A program made the position numbers and the translations under genes. A stretch of DNA of 64,000 nucleotides from Thermoproteota archaeon (GTDB lineage: Archaea > Korarchaeota > Korarchaeia > B14-G2), in contig JAVCBW010000005.1 in the NCBI GenBank assembly GCA_037917675.1, positions 93,887 through 157,886 of the forward strand. The letters are read 5' to 3'. The notes beneath the pieces were generated by a model. The model ran no database searches. It saw nothing but the letters and a program-made list of their open reading frames with translations, and was not told the origin of the DNA. Shown one piece after another: positions 1 through 10,363 of the stretch (position 1 is its first letter; each line of letters begins with the position of its first letter).

Positions 1-2
1 GG

Positions 3-974
3 GAGCTGGCTCAGCTAGCAGCCGTATATAAGGAGACTATCTGCTTGGGGCGTACCCATGGGATAGCTGCCTTACCAGTTACTTTTGGATTTAAAATGGC
101 TGTCTTTGCATCAGAGTTCAAGAGGCACCTGATAAGGCTACGTGATGTGGTAGATAGGGTTTGTGTCGGCAAGATGAGTGGAGCAGTAGGTACCATGGCA
201 GAGTTCGGTGAGAAGGGGCCTGAGCTCCAGAGAAAGGTCATGAGAAAGCTCGGGATCAAGCCTGCTGAGATATCTACGCAGATAGTCCCCAGAGACCTCC
301 TTGCTGAGTTTATATGCTACCTAGGGCTGCTATCCTCCAGCTTAGATAAGCTCGCTAATGAAATAAGGAACCTGCAAAGGACAGAAATAGGAGAGGTTGA
401 GGAGCCGTTTGAGAGAAGGCAGGTTGGCAGCTCCACCATGCCACACAAGAGGAACCCTGTCAGCTGTGAGAAGGTTTGTGGCCTGGCTAGGGTTGTTAGG
501 GGGCTTGTGCTAGCTGCTCTAGAGAATGTGGTCTTAGAGCATGAGAGAGACCTAACTAATAGCTCATGTGAGCGTGCTATAGTGCCTGAAGCCTGCCTCC
601 TTGTCGACGAGCAGCTTAGAACTATGGTCAGAGTCCTCAAAGGGCTTGTGGTCCATGAGGACAGGATGCTTAGAAACCTGCTTTCTGTCAGAGATCTGAT
701 CATGTCTGAGGCTATCATGCTTGAGGCTGTGAGGAGGGGAGCTGATAGGCAGAAGATGCATGAGGTAATTAGACGCCTAGCCATGAGTGCGATAGAGGGA
801 GGCAAGAGCTTTAGGGAGCTGCTGAAGCAGAGCAGCGAGATTAAGGAGTATTTCGCTGAGGAGGAGATAGATGAGATGCTAGATCTACGTAGATACATAG
901 GGCTTGCTGCTGAGATCGCTGAGAGGATTGCTAGCTCTGTTGCTGAGGCCTTAGGACCCGAGGAAGTCGCTTAG
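3..974 (+). CDS. purB: Adenylosuccinate lyase, C-terminal part. The 5' end is truncated by the window edge; the frame is open from nt 3.
   Basis: The frame is open from position 3 (ELAQLAAVYKETICLGRTHG...). The GRTHG and fumarase/ASL-type C-terminal region are present. The track's TTG start at 45 is an artefact of the window edge. Confidence 0.7.
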   Translation, partial: ELAQLAAVYKETICLGRTHGIAALPVTFGFKMAVFASEFKRHLIRLRDVVDRVCVGKMSGAVGTMAEFGEKGPELQRKVMRKLGIKPAEISTQIVPRDLLAEFICYLGLLSSSLDKLANEIRNLQRTEIGEVEEPFERRQVGSSTMPHKRNPVSCEKVCGLARVVRGLVLAALENVVLEHERDLTNSSCERAIVPEACLLVDEQLRTMVRVLKGLVVHEDRMLRNLLSVRDLIMSEAIMLEAVRRGADRQKMHEVIRRLAMSAIEGGKSFRELLKQSSEIKEYFAEEEIDEMLDLRRYIGLAAEIAERIASSVAEALGPEEVA

Positions 975-3527
975 AGTCCTCTTCTCCCTCTCTATGACTG
1001 GCTTGTGCTCTATACCAAGCTGGCTGAGTATGCTTGCAGCTATCCTTCTTCCTATTCCAGGTATTCTTGACAGCTCATCTATGCTAGCTGAAGCCAGGTC
1101 GCTTAGAGACCTATAGCCTGCCTCATAGAGCCTTCTTGCTCTAATCCTGCCAACTCCCTCTAGCTTCACAAGCTCTAGTAGCTCTTCTCTGACACCATGT
1201 CTCACTCTCCTCTCGAGTAGGGAGGTTAAGGCTGATTCCTCCACAAGCCCTAGAGCTCTAGCTATCATTGAAGCTGCCTTTAGAAGCCAGCTTGCAGAAT
1301 CTACTATCCTCGCTAGGTCACCTAGCTGTACATTCAGCTTTTCCTCGATCTCCCTCTCGCTTCTCTCGTTTATCCAGCTCACGAGTGCAGCAGTCTTCTT
1401 GACAGCTGATAGGAATTCACCATACTCAAGCTCATCTAGGGCAGTAGAAACCTCTGGCTGCGGGAACTCCTCTGAGTGTGTGTAGTAGAAATCCAGTAGG
1501 CCTCTGACTTCACTTCTCCTCACAGGTAGGTCTTCCATGTCTGGTGCTGATGCCACCATGTAAATGAAGTATAGAGGAGTCTTCTTGGCTTCACGTAGCA
1601 TACGCTGGAACAGGCTCGCTGACTTAGGATCTATATATGACTTAGCTGTAGCTTGGCCTAGCTTAGTTGCTGAAAGCATGTTATCCTTCCTTGATATGAA
1701 GCCACCAGAGGCTAGGTATTTGATCACCTTAGCTATGCTCTTCTGGACTGCTGTCTGGCCATATTGGATGGCGAACAGCGTCTTTGAGAACCTGAAAGCC
1801 ACCTCGCTCCTGGATATAGGCCCCCACGTTGCTATGACACCTAGCACATGCGACCTCAGAGCTGGTGGATTGGAGAGCTTTGATTCTATTGGCTCAGGCT
1901 CTCCTCTGATGTAGCTCTCGAATAGCGCTTCTAGCTCAGCTCTGGACTTAGCTATAATTACAGCCTCCCCCAGCTCATCATATCCTGGTCTGCCAGCTCT
2001 CCCACAGTTGTGTACGATGACCCCCTCTACTATGTAGGCTGGAGTTGGAGCTAAAGTCAGGTTGTATACTCTCTCAGGGTAGCTTAACTCATGTAGCCAT
2101 AGGACCTTAGCCCACCTGACTCTGCTACCTTCTGCAAGAGCTATCTTAGATCCCTTGGAGAGGGAGGCTGCTGGAGCCCACCCTGCTGGTGTTAGAACTG
2201 GGTGCTCTGGGGTTATAGCTATATAGCTGCTGCCAGCTTCAACCTCTATAATGTGGCTAGCTATTCTGCTGCCTGCTCTAGTTACGTAGCTAATGCTACC
2301 TGAACCTGGAGAAAGCAGCTGGTCTCCTAGCTTTAGGTCTCTGATCTCAGTTGGCCCATGTGGGGTATGTACTCTCATGTCTCCTGGTATGCACATTTGC
2401 TTATACTCCATTACAGGTATAGGCCTCTGCCCTATTCCAGCTTCATATCTCCTATAGTCTCTGATGACTACTAGCCTAGCTGGAAGGTTTACTCCAGCTG
2501 CTAGAGTAGGTGTTGAGCACACTACCTTGATGCACCCCTCTCTGAAAAGGCTTTCAACTGTTTTCCTGGCCTCGTGAGGAAGCCCTGCATGGTGGAATGC
2601 TACACCACGCTTTATGCAGTCTACTAGCTCCATTGTGGTTGGGGTTGCTGGCACCTTGCTCTCTAGATCTCTTATCGCAGAGTAAACTTCCTCAGCTTCC
2701 CCCTGTGAGAGAGCTATTTTGAGGCAGCGAGCCAGTCTCATTGCAGCTTTCTGGGCTCTTGACCTACTTCCATAGAAGACTAAAGCCTGTCCTCCCTTCC
2801 TTAGGTAGTGCTTTACTAGCGCTTCTACTGGCTGGCTCACCTTAGCTTCTGAAAGAGATCTAGCACCTGTCTGATAGTGGACGGCTCCATCTAGGTATAC
2901 TCCCTCTAGCAGGGGAACTGGCCTCCAGTTGCTCACTACAGGTTCTGCTTCAAGCCAGCTTGCTAGCTCACTTACATTGGATACTGTCGCGCTTAAGCCT
3001 ATCATCTGGCAGCTAGGAGACTCAGCTTTCAGATTTGCTACTATGACCTCTAAGGTTCCTCCTCTCGTCTCACTTGAAGCAAGGTGTATTTCATCTAGGA
3101 CTATGCAAGATAGTGCTTGTAGCATGCTAGGTGTGTGCCTGGTTAGTGAGTCAAACTTCTCATAGGTCGTGACAAGCAAGTCGCTTCTACCTGGGTCTGC
3201 ATCCCTTGAAGTGTAGTCTCCGAGACTGATCGAAACCCTTATGCCGAGGCTGCTATAAGTCTCCTGAAACTTTTCATACTTCTCGCTAGCTATGGCCTTT
3301 AGAGGGGTGAGATATACTGCTTTTCCTCCTCTTAGTATGTTGCTCACAGCAGCTATCTCTCCTACCAGCGTTTTCCCACTGGCTGTAGGCGCAGCTAGGA
3401 GAATGCTTTTCCCATCTAGAACACCATGCCTGATAGCCTGCTCCTGAGGGGGGTATAGCTTGAGGTAGCCTGCCTTCAGGAGAGCTTCCTTGAGAGCTGG
3501 TTCTACTGGTAGTTCTTCTATCCTCAT
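951..3527 (-). CDS. hel308: Hel308/Ski2-like DNA helicase with a mini-intein inserted in helicase motif VI.
   Basis: It has a Walker A motif (AAPTASGKT), a DEIH box and an SAT motif. Motif VI is split as EYKQM|C...VHN|CGRAGRPGYDE. The C-terminal WH and HhH domains are typical of Hel308. Confidence 0.8.
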   Translation of the reverse strand: MRIEELPVEPALKEALLKAGYLKLYPPQEQAIRHGVLDGKSILLAAPTASGKTLVGEIAAVSNILRGGKAVYLTPLKAIASEKYEKFQETYSSLGIRVSISLGDYTSRDADPGRSDLLVTTYEKFDSLTRHTPSMLQALSCIVLDEIHLASSETRGGTLEVIVANLKAESPSCQMIGLSATVSNVSELASWLEAEPVVSNWRPVPLLEGVYLDGAVHYQTGARSLSEAKVSQPVEALVKHYLRKGGQALVFYGSRSRAQKAAMRLARCLKIALSQGEAEEVYSAIRDLESKVPATPTTMELVDCIKRGVAFHHAGLPHEARKTVESLFREGCIKVVCSTPTLAAGVNLPARLVVIRDYRRYEAGIGQRPIPVMEYKQMCIPGDMRVHTPHGPTEIRDLKLGDQLLSPGSGSISYVTRAGSRIASHIIEVEAGSSYIAITPEHPVLTPAGWAPAASLSKGSKIALAEGSRVRWAKVLWLHELSYPERVYNLTLAPTPAYIVEGVIVHNCGRAGRPGYDELGEAVIIAKSRAELEALFESYIRGEPEPIESKLSNPPALRSHVLGVIATWGPISRSEVAFRFSKTLFAIQYGQTAVQKSIAKVIKYLASGGFISRKDNMLSATKLGQATAKSYIDPKSASLFQRMLREAKKTPLYFIYMVASAPDMEDLPVRRSEVRGLLDFYYTHSEEFPQPEVSTALDELEYGEFLSAVKKTAALVSWINERSEREIEEKLNVQLGDLARIVDSASWLLKAASMIARALGLVEESALTSLLERRVRHGVREELLELVKLEGVGRIRARRLYEAGYRSLSDLASASIDELSRIPGIGRRIAASILSQLGIEHKPVIEREKRTLSDFLGS
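2007..2393 (-). mobile_element. Mini-intein of about 129 aa within the Hel308 coding sequence.
   Basis: It runs from Cys379 to Asn507 of the ORF. It begins with C and ends ...IVHN, followed by the C extein CGRAGR that restores helicase motif VI (QMxGRAGR). Confidence 0.65.
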
Positions 3528-3532
3528 CTCAG

Positions 3533-6500
3533 CTACCTTCTGGTCCTCATCACCCTGCCTGGAGCAGGCTCATATATCACACCTTGGTCATACTTCTCTC
3601 TATATACCCTCAGTACAGCTCTCCTTATCTTCTCTGGGTCAAGCTCAGGGTTGCTGGCCTTAATCGCGTTAGTGACGCGATCTATCAGCTTGTCTCTTGG
3701 GACACCCATCCTTGATACAGCTATCCCTGATTCAGCTGCCTCAGCTAGCATCTCATCTAGCACCCTGTCGAAAGTCTCTCTGACCATCACACTGGAAGAA
3801 AACACTCCTACATGCACTGCTCTTATGTCTCTTCTCCCTGTGAAGGGGTCTATTGCGACATCTGTGTACATAGCTTCCATCAGAGCTATAGCTGCTAGCG
3901 CGTCCTCTGCTGTCACCTTGCTTCTCAGATGCATTCTTGCTCTGGCCATTGCAAGCCTAACTAGAGCCTCCAGCTGCCTTGGAGTGACTGCTAGAGACTT
4001 TTTCGTGTCTCTGCTTTCGTCTCTAAGCTTCACATAGTAGTCTTCAAGTATTTTGCTGGCTTCCTCCGTCATCTTCGGCATCACTTTCTGCCTGGCATGT
4101 GCTATGTACTTTCTTAAGAGCTCTGGTGGTATTATTGGTGTTGCTAAAGCCGTGTCTCCTCCTCTAGTCTTTAGAATATGCTTTGCTATAGCCCTGTCCT
4201 TCTGGGGCTCAGGGACGTCATGTAGCCTCAAGATGAGGTCGAATCTCGATGTTATGGTCGGAGGGAGGTTCACGTTCTCAGTTATCGGGAGCTCTGGGTT
4301 ATATATGCCATCCTTAGGGTTGGCGGCAGCTATTATCGTTGTCCTAGCATTTAACGTAGCTATTATGCCTGCTTTAGCTATGGATATCGTGTTGTGGAGC
4401 ACTAAGCCGTCTCCTATGATGGAATGAGTAGGGTTAACCTGTATGTCATAGACCCACTTATCCTTATTTGGCTCTACACTCTTTGAGGAGACCTCAGCCC
4501 ATGCTAGCTTAGACTTTAGGAGAAACTCTGCTGACCTCACTACCTGAAGGCTCTTCTCTGTGAGGGGAGCTTTCCTTAATGCCTTAAGCACTTCTAACGC
4601 CTTAGTTCTGCTGGAGGATATAGCTTCTGAGGAGGCTGCTAGCCCTACCTCGTGAGCTAACTCAGCTAGGTGTTCTGCAAGAGGTTTAGGTAGCAGCCTG
4701 CAGCCTGGCGATAGGAGGGCAGGAGACCAGTCACCTACCTTTATGGAGCTAGCTGGGATAGTCTTTAGTATGCCATCTTCGCCCATAACGTAAACTGGGT
4801 GATCTGGTGTGACCTTCAGTATGCTGCCATTCGAGTACCTTATGGTGATGATGTTCTCTGGAGGCTTATGACGGCTTACTGCTGTAGCATCAGCTGGATA
4901 GATTCTTTTGAAGTCTGTTGTGAGAACTCTCAGCTGTCCCTTCTTTAGCTTGAGGATCTCGCAGTCTATGCCTTGCTCTACCCTAGCTCTCTCCTCTAGG
5001 AGAAGCTTGTCTACTAGCTCTCCGATCTGGACGAGGTCTCCGCTCTCAAGCTTGATCAGCTGAGATGGGTGAAAGGACTGCTGTTCCATTGCTTCATGTA
5101 TTGCTATCCTGTCATTCCTATCCATCTTGTCAAACTCGTCTATAGCAGCTATTCCCCGGTCTGCTATGATAAGTGCACCAGCCTCCAGTGACCACCCTCC
5201 AGTCAGGGGGTCTTTGACTACAGCAGCAGTCAATCCAGCTGCTGTAGATCCCTTTCCAGTAGTATATATTGCTCTTGGAGCCACCTTAGCTATGAACTTG
5301 AGTATCTGGCTGTTATGTAGAACTATGAAGTTTCCTATGAAGTTTAGAGTACTGCTGACCTGGACATCATAAACCCAGCCGTCACCTTCTACCTCAGAGA
5401 TTTTCACTACCCTATCCCAGCTTACATGTGAGGTAGCTATAGCCTTAGCAGTCTCTATGAGCTTCCTGTTCTCAGGGTAGGTGAGCTGCTTACATGCTCT
5501 TATCACGTCTAAGAGCTGCCCTCTTCTCAGCCCACACCTCTTAGCTAGCTCCCTTACATCTCTAGCTGACCTAGCTACATGAGGATTTGTCGCAGTTAAT
5601 AGTATCTCCCTTGCTTCCTTCATTTTCTTCTCAGCTGCCTCTACTAGAGCTGCTAGATGCTCTCTTCTGATAGGCGCGTCTCCTCTCTCTACTCTAGCTA
5701 GTGTAGATGCAGGGGCATTTATCTCTCTATACTTGAGGCTAAAGTTCCTCTTGAGAGCTGAGACCAGTGAGGATACGCAAGGTATCTTTGAGCTTCCATC
5801 TAGTGTAGGCGAGTCATCGCTGTTTATGTGGCTTACTTGAGATCTGGTTAGAGTTATGCTGTGGCTATCATGCTCCTTTGCTACTACTCCAACTCTAAGC
5901 AGAAGCAGCCTTAGGTTATTGAGCGAGCTTCTGCTTTGAAGCCTTATCTTAATTGCCTTCCCTTCCTCATAGCAGCTCACAAACCCCTTAAGGAACGCTG
6001 CTATCTGCCTCCTGCTTGCTGAAAGCATGCTTTCAGGTACTCTTCTTCTCTTGGCTACTAGCTCAGGCACCTTCTCTTCAATGAGCTCACCAAGCTTCTT
6101 GGACCTCCAGTACAGTAACATGCTACGCTTCGATGTAGTTATGATCTTAACCTGGCTCTTCACCTCAAGCTTATCGAGAGCTTCCTTAAGCAGCTCTAGA
6201 GCTCTCTTGTTTGCCCTCAGCTTGAAAGTATACCAGCTCTTCGACTTCTTCACCTCACCTCTAGCTGCAAGCATACCAATCAGCGTGTACAGAAAGCTAT
6301 CGTCTATGGACCTTGAGCGCAGAGGCTTCTGCTGTGGAGATGGGAGGAAGCCAAGTACTGCTATGTAGTCTCCTGGCTTGAGCTCTTCCGCCTTCACTGG
6401 CAGGAGAGCCCCGCCTTTGCTCTTGAAGAAGAGGTGGTCTGGTGTAACTTTGACTTCTAGCCCGGATTCCGTCCTGATTTTAAGCAGCTTCCTGTCTGCA

Positions 6501-7654
6501 GGCTTTCTGGCTACAGCATCTGGTGTAGTGAATACAGCCTTTCCTTCTCTAGATATTGTGAGGACCTCTGGTAGATCTCCCATGTTATATAGCTCCTCTA
6601 TGGTGATCAAGCCTTCTCTCGTTAATACTAGTGTGTCTCCTGTTACACACTTTGCTGTCCCTGGGTCGCCTACTAGGAGTATGTTGACTTCTCCTCTTAT
6701 CCTTGTTCCATCAGGTAGCTCTATGGGTACTCCACCGAAGAGAGCGTATGCTATCCCCTTCTTGACTACTTCCCAGCCATATATTGATGGAGCTATTGAC
6801 TGCACTATCAGCTCCTCTAGCTTCGGAGACCTCGCAAGCTCAAGTATCTTCTCCTCTTCCTCTGGAGTTATCTCTATCTGTTCGAACTCCCTTGGAGGAG
6901 TCTTCACTGAGTTGACGTCTAGTATCATGTTGAAAATAACGTCTGCCTTACCTTTCCTCTTCTCTACTAGCCTAGGTACCCCTACTACTGTCACTCGGTC
7001 ACCAGGCTTCACTACATCGACCAAGTCATCTACGAGAATACAGTCTATTGAACGAGGCATTGTCCCGGGAGGGAGCTCCTCAGGCATCTCCTGAAGCTTT
7101 ATCCTCTGCCAGTCTAAGAGCTTGCTTTCCTCTTGAACCAGCTTGAGCCCTCTGCTTCCACAGCTCTCACAGATCGACGGCTTAGAGAGCCACCTGCTTG
7201 GCTGGGGTACCTCTACTTCTGCTCCACAGCTCTCACATCTGAACTTAGCTACATCAAGCTTGAAGGCTACCTCTGAGCATGATGTAACTATCCCCTTGAC
7301 TGAGATAAGCTTGTTCAAGTGCTTAGATGACACACCTCTCAAGGGTATTTCAGCCATCAGGTCCACTATTCTTGGATAGAACTTTGTAGCCTCAGCATAC
7401 TCTGGGTCTATTATAGAGACTCTCCTCCTTATGACCTCAGATGCCGCTAGAAGCACCCTATCAGGGTTATCTACAAGCTCTCTGGCTAGCTTCACGTTAA
7501 AGCTCCAGAGATCTCTGTAGCTTATCTCAAGTGATTTCCTTCTATCAACAGACAGCTGTCCTATCTGCTCATAGTACTTCCTTCTCCCTGACTCGTCTCT
7601 GAACTCTATGAAAAACTCCTCGAAAGCCTCTTCTATACTTCTCCTGTCCATCAA
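3533..7654 (-). CDS. mcm: MCM replicative helicase (1373 aa precursor) containing two inteins.
   Basis: An MCM N-terminal domain with a Zn finger (CESCG...CESCG) is present. Walker A is split as GDPGTAK|C...LHN|SQILKF. The arginine-finger region is split as HEAMEQQ|S...LHN|TISIAKAGI. An SRFDL motif follows. Confidence 0.85.
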   Translation of the reverse strand: MMDRRSIEEAFEEFFIEFRDESGRRKYYEQIGQLSVDRRKSLEISYRDLWSFNVKLARELVDNPDRVLLAASEVIRRRVSIIDPEYAEATKFYPRIVDLMAEIPLRGVSSKHLNKLISVKGIVTSCSEVAFKLDVAKFRCESCGAEVEVPQPSRWLSKPSICESCGSRGLKLVQEESKLLDWQRIKLQEMPEELPPGTMPRSIDCILVDDLVDVVKPGDRVTVVGVPRLVEKRKGKADVIFNMILDVNSVKTPPREFEQIEITPEEEEKILELARSPKLEELIVQSIAPSIYGWEVVKKGIAYALFGGVPIELPDGTRIRGEVNILLVGDPGTAKCVTGDTLVLTREGLITIEELYNMGDLPEVLTISREGKAVFTTPDAVARKPADRKLLKIRTESGLEVKVTPDHLFFKSKGGALLPVKAEELKPGDYIAVLGFLPSPQQKPLRSRSIDDSFLYTLIGMLAARGEVKKSKSWYTFKLRANKRALELLKEALDKLEVKSQVKIITTSKRSMLLYWRSKKLGELIEEKVPELVAKRRRVPESMLSASRRQIAAFLKGFVSCYEEGKAIKIRLQSRSSLNNLRLLLLRVGVVAKEHDSHSITLTRSQVSHINSDDSPTLDGSSKIPCVSSLVSALKRNFSLKYREINAPASTLARVERGDAPIRREHLAALVEAAEKKMKEAREILLTATNPHVARSARDVRELAKRCGLRRGQLLDVIRACKQLTYPENRKLIETAKAIATSHVSWDRVVKISEVEGDGWVYDVQVSSTLNFIGNFIVLHNSQILKFIAKVAPRAIYTTGKGSTAAGLTAAVVKDPLTGGWSLEAGALIIADRGIAAIDEFDKMDRNDRIAIHEAMEQQSFHPSQLIKLESGDLVQIGELVDKLLLEERARVEQGIDCEILKLKKGQLRVLTTDFKRIYPADATAVSRHKPPENIITIRYSNGSILKVTPDHPVYVMGEDGILKTIPASSIKVGDWSPALLSPGCRLLPKPLAEHLAELAHEVGLAASSEAISSSRTKALEVLKALRKAPLTEKSLQVVRSAEFLLKSKLAWAEVSSKSVEPNKDKWVYDIQVNPTHSIIGDGLVLHNTISIAKAGIIATLNARTTIIAAANPKDGIYNPELPITENVNLPPTITSRFDLILRLHDVPEPQKDRAIAKHILKTRGGDTALATPIIPPELLRKYIAHARQKVMPKMTEEASKILEDYYVKLRDESRDTKKSLAVTPRQLEALVRLAMARARMHLRSKVTAEDALAAIALMEAMYTDVAIDPFTGRRDIRAVHVGVFSSSVMVRETFDRVLDEMLAEAAESGIAVSRMGVPRDKLIDRVTNAIKASNPELDPEKIRRAVLRVYREKYDQGVIYEPAPGRVMRTRR
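4391..5077 (-). mobile_element. MCM intein 2 (about 229 aa), inserted between EAMEQQ and TISIAKAG.
   Basis: It starts [21 protein letters not shown] (Ser nucleophile, block-A like) and ends GLVLHN with +1 Thr. The flanking exteins reconstitute the conserved [19 protein letters not shown] motif. Confidence 0.6.
5312..6649 (-). mobile_element. MCM intein 1 (about 446 aa), inserted immediately after the Walker A lysine. It probably carries a degenerate LAGLIDADG endonuclease domain.
   Basis: The N-terminal block is [13 protein letters not shown], the C-terminal end is FIVLHN, and the +1 residue is S. An internal [20 protein letters not shown] segment resembles LAGLIDADG motifs. Confidence 0.65.
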
Positions 7655-7655
7655 C

Positions 7656-8129
7656 TCAGCTCCCTCCTGAAGCCTGCTGTATGGCAGTATCTACCAGGAG
7701 CCTAGCTAGCTTAAGTAGCACAAGCTCCTCTGGCGTAAGCTTACGCTCCTCGCTCTCGCTCACAGAAGGAGAGAGAGCCATCCTAAATACCTTTCTGAGC
7801 CTAGATCTCACTAGATCCTCTAGGTACACCCTTTCTTTCCCTGCTAAATTGGGGGAGCTGAGTCTTAGCTGGGAGAAGAAGTCCTCTGGGAGAGGCTGAA
7901 GTATGTCCTGTACTCTCTCAAGCTCGAGCTTTTCAGGCAAGTCGAGATTCTCTGCCTCAGCTGGCTTTGCGACACCATGTTTAATGAGAACTGCTGCCAG
8001 CCATGTCGGCAGCTCCGATACATCACCTCGTGATACATCTACTCCAAGCTCATCCTGCACTTCCTGAGGAAGAGCATCCTCTAAGATCTTCACCCTGACA
8101 AATGTGTAATACTTTAGGATGGGTATCAT
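7656..8129 (-). CDS. GINS subunit, Gins23-like; its stop/start is adjacent to the mcm start.
   Basis: It is a 157-aa acidic helical protein located immediately upstream of mcm. The gap to the mcm start is 1 nt, as in the crenarchaeal gins23-mcm operon. The assignment rests on size and context. Confidence 0.45.
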   Translation of the reverse strand: MIPILKYYTFVRVKILEDALPQEVQDELGVDVSRGDVSELPTWLAAVLIKHGVAKPAEAENLDLPEKLELERVQDILQPLPEDFFSQLRLSSPNLAGKERVYLEDLVRSRLRKVFRMALSPSVSESEERKLTPEELVLLKLARLLVDTAIQQASGGS

Positions 8130-8177
8130 CTTGTCTTTAAGCGCAAGTATAAGGACCCCCCAAATCTAATTGGGGGG

Positions 8178-8192
8178 AGAAAATAAAAGGGT
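8178..8192 (-). terminator. Candidate terminator: an oligo-T tract (minus strand) plus a C6/G6 hairpin, downstream of the GltB-like gene.
   Basis: On the minus strand the sequence cccttttattttctcc follows the stop at 8197. An adjacent inverted repeat (ccccccaa...ttgggggg) lies at 8156-8177. Confidence 0.3.
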
Positions 8193-8196
8193 TGGC

Positions 8197-9801
8197 TTAG
8201 TCTAGTAGGATGTGCTCTATGAGAGCTTTCTCGACGTCTTCTAGCAGCGGTATCCCAGTTACCTTATAGGCTCTCTCAGTTAGGGATGCTAGATCCCCTC
8301 TGTCTATGAGATCTAGCTTCCACTTTCTGACACCTGCTATCAGCTGCTGCAAGCCTACCCTTATCCTGTCCCAGTAGGTGTAGAGGCCTATTGCTCCAAC
8401 CGGGATCTCTTTGACCCTCTCTCCGAACATCTGCTCTAAGTCATGGTATGTTATGAACATGGTTTCAGGCTTATCTCCATATAGCTCCTTGAACTTAGGT
8501 GGAAGCTTACCTTCTGAGGCTAGTTTGGTGAAGTACTTTGCCTTGAATACTGCTGTCAGAGGGGCTCTTGCTTGGGCTACTGCCTTTACGTAGGGCTTTC
8601 CTGTGAAGTTACTCATTGCTATGGCCTTGAACAGCTGAGTTTCGTTTACAAAACCTCCTGCCACCACTATATCAGGAAGATATCTGCCATGTCTCCTCAG
8701 CAGCTCGCAGCAGCTGAGAACTTGTGCCTCAAGATACACAGTTGGCGTCCCACACTCCATCATCATAGGGACTGGGCTCATCCCTGTCCCTCCTCCTGCG
8801 CCATCAAAGGTTACTGCATCTACCCTTGCCTCTGATGCAGCCTTCAGTGTGAATGCAACTACAGCAGGTCTGTATGACCCAGTTTTAAGGAAGACCTTCT
8901 TGGCACCCATCTCTCTTAGCTTCTCCACATCCTCTACAAAGGATTCTATGGTAGGCATGCCTACTCTACTATGCCTCTCGAATGTCCTGAACTCCCCTCT
9001 CTTGAATGCAGCCTGCACCTCCTTGTCCTCTGGATCAGGTATCACAATGTAGCCACGCTTCTTTAGCATTATAGCCCTCTCCAGCGAGCCTATCCTGACT
9101 TCACCTCCTATCGCCTTAGCTCCCTGCCCCCACTTCCTCTCTATGATGTCCACTTCTAGCTTAGATATCACATATTCATCTACACCTAGCCTCTGATCCT
9201 CTACATTTGTCTGGACTGCTATGTCACCATGCTTCCCATCCCAAAACTTCCTGTAAGACTCTATTCTGAACTTCATGTCCTCACTATGCGTCACCTTGCC
9301 ATTCGTTATCACGCTGTTAGGATCCATGCCGCAGACATTTTCTCCTACAACTTGTATTGTCCCTGATAGTGCTGCTCCAGCAGCCAGCCCATCCCAGTTC
9401 ACTTTAGCTACTGCTGTGGAGCCTAGTGCAGCTATCATTAGAGGGATCTTCATTGGCACTCCACCTACGCTTGTTGAAACGTCGACATTTGGGAATATTG
9501 CTTTGTCTGGGTCTGGCTCTACCCCCTTAGCTCCTCTGACCTCGACAAGGATCTGAAAGTGGCTCCAATCTAGGCCATAGTCTTTGTTTGATGCTGCTGT
9601 GCTATGCCCGAACTCCTCTGCGATAGGATATAAGACCTCTCTGCCTCTGAATGCTGATAGACCTATCTCACAGAGGACAGGGCAGTGGTCTATGCATATG
9701 GGACACATTCCACTCTGCGGGCTAGGGTCTCTAACTCGCAGAGATGTGCCTGTAGTTGATCTGGCATTAGGGTATGAAGGTAGGCTCATATACCTGCTCA
9801 C
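8197..9801 (-). CDS. Archaeal glutamate-synthase-related FMN protein (GltB domain-2 homologue).
   Basis: It is 534 aa with an N-terminal Cys cluster (CPICIDHCPVLC) and GltS FMN-domain-like segments (GGTGMSP, VVAGGF). Confidence 0.55.
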   Translation of the reverse strand: MSRYMSLPSYPNARSTTGTSLRVRDPSPQSGMCPICIDHCPVLCEIGLSAFRGREVLYPIAEEFGHSTAASNKDYGLDWSHFQILVEVRGAKGVEPDPDKAIFPNVDVSTSVGGVPMKIPLMIAALGSTAVAKVNWDGLAAGAALSGTIQVVGENVCGMDPNSVITNGKVTHSEDMKFRIESYRKFWDGKHGDIAVQTNVEDQRLGVDEYVISKLEVDIIERKWGQGAKAIGGEVRIGSLERAIMLKKRGYIVIPDPEDKEVQAAFKRGEFRTFERHSRVGMPTIESFVEDVEKLREMGAKKVFLKTGSYRPAVVAFTLKAASEARVDAVTFDGAGGGTGMSPVPMMMECGTPTVYLEAQVLSCCELLRRHGRYLPDIVVAGGFVNETQLFKAIAMSNFTGKPYVKAVAQARAPLTAVFKAKYFTKLASEGKLPPKFKELYGDKPETMFITYHDLEQMFGERVKEIPVGAIGLYTYWDRIRVGLQQLIAGVRKWKLDLIDRGDLASLTERAYKVTGIPLLEDVEKALIEHILLD

Positions 9802-9816
9802 CGGAGTATAGGTGTA

Positions 9817-9834
9817 GATAAAAAATTTTTAACC
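9817..9834. promoter_or_regulatory. AT-rich palindromic TATA-like element between divergent genes.
   Basis: The sequence gataaaaaatttttaacc lies about 20-30 nt upstream of the nob1 ATG at 9851 and upstream of the minus-strand GltB-like gene. Confidence 0.35.
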
Positions 9835-9850
9835 CTCAGTGGTGGCGTAG

Positions 9851-10363
9851 ATGCCAGAAGAGCTCACGTGTATACTGGATGCGTCAGCGTTCATTGGAGG
9901 CCTTAGCCCCTTTTCGATCAGATGCCATAGGATCCTGACGTGCAGCAGTGTTATAGAGGAGCTAGCTGACATCAAGAGCTCCTCCTACCTGGAGGCAGGG
10001 CTTGCATCCAAGAGAATCGAAGTCATAGACCCTGAGGAGAGGTATGTTAGAGAGGTTGCCGAGGAGGCGAAGAGGAAAAGCCTCTATAAGGCGCTCTCCA
10101 CAACAGATATAGAAGTTTTAGCACTCGCGCTACAGGAGAGAAGTAGAGGGAATGCTGTGATCGTATACACTGATGATCAAGTTATGCAGAGCATGTGCAT
10201 CTACATGAAGCTGAGGTGGAGGGGAGTAAGGAGGAAGGGCGTAAAGAGGCCTGTCAGCATAGAGGTCAGATGCAAGCTCTGTGGAAAGAGCTATGGCAAG
10301 CTGGACTTAGAGGAATGCCCGCTATGTGGCGGTGAGCTCGAGGTTGTAAGGAGATATGGATGA
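9851..10363 (+). CDS. nob1: Nob1-like endonuclease (PIN domain plus C-terminal zinc ribbon).
   Basis: An N-terminal PIN-like fold is present (ILDASAFI..., D residues). The C-terminus is CKLCGKS...CPLCGGELEV. Confidence 0.6.
   Translation: MPEELTCILDASAFIGGLSPFSIRCHRILTCSSVIEELADIKSSSYLEAGLASKRIEVIDPEERYVREVAEEAKRKSLYKALSTTDIEVLALALQERSRGNAVIVYTDDQVMQSMCIYMKLRWRGVRRKGVKRPVSIEVRCKLCGKSYGKLDLEECPLCGGELEVVRRYG

Noticed and set aside
317-898. 193-aa minus-strand ORF (and the nested 65-aa ORF at 564..761) inside purB.
   Set aside because: It lies entirely antisense to a well-supported adenylosuccinate lyase frame. Its Ser/Leu-rich low-complexity translation is typical of antisense reading of GC-balanced coding DNA.
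3651-7379. Several plus-strand ORFs (78-238 aa) within the mcm region.
   Set aside because: All are antisense to the MCM/intein ORF with Ser/Leu/Thr-rich low-complexity products. None has a recognisable domain or a promoter.
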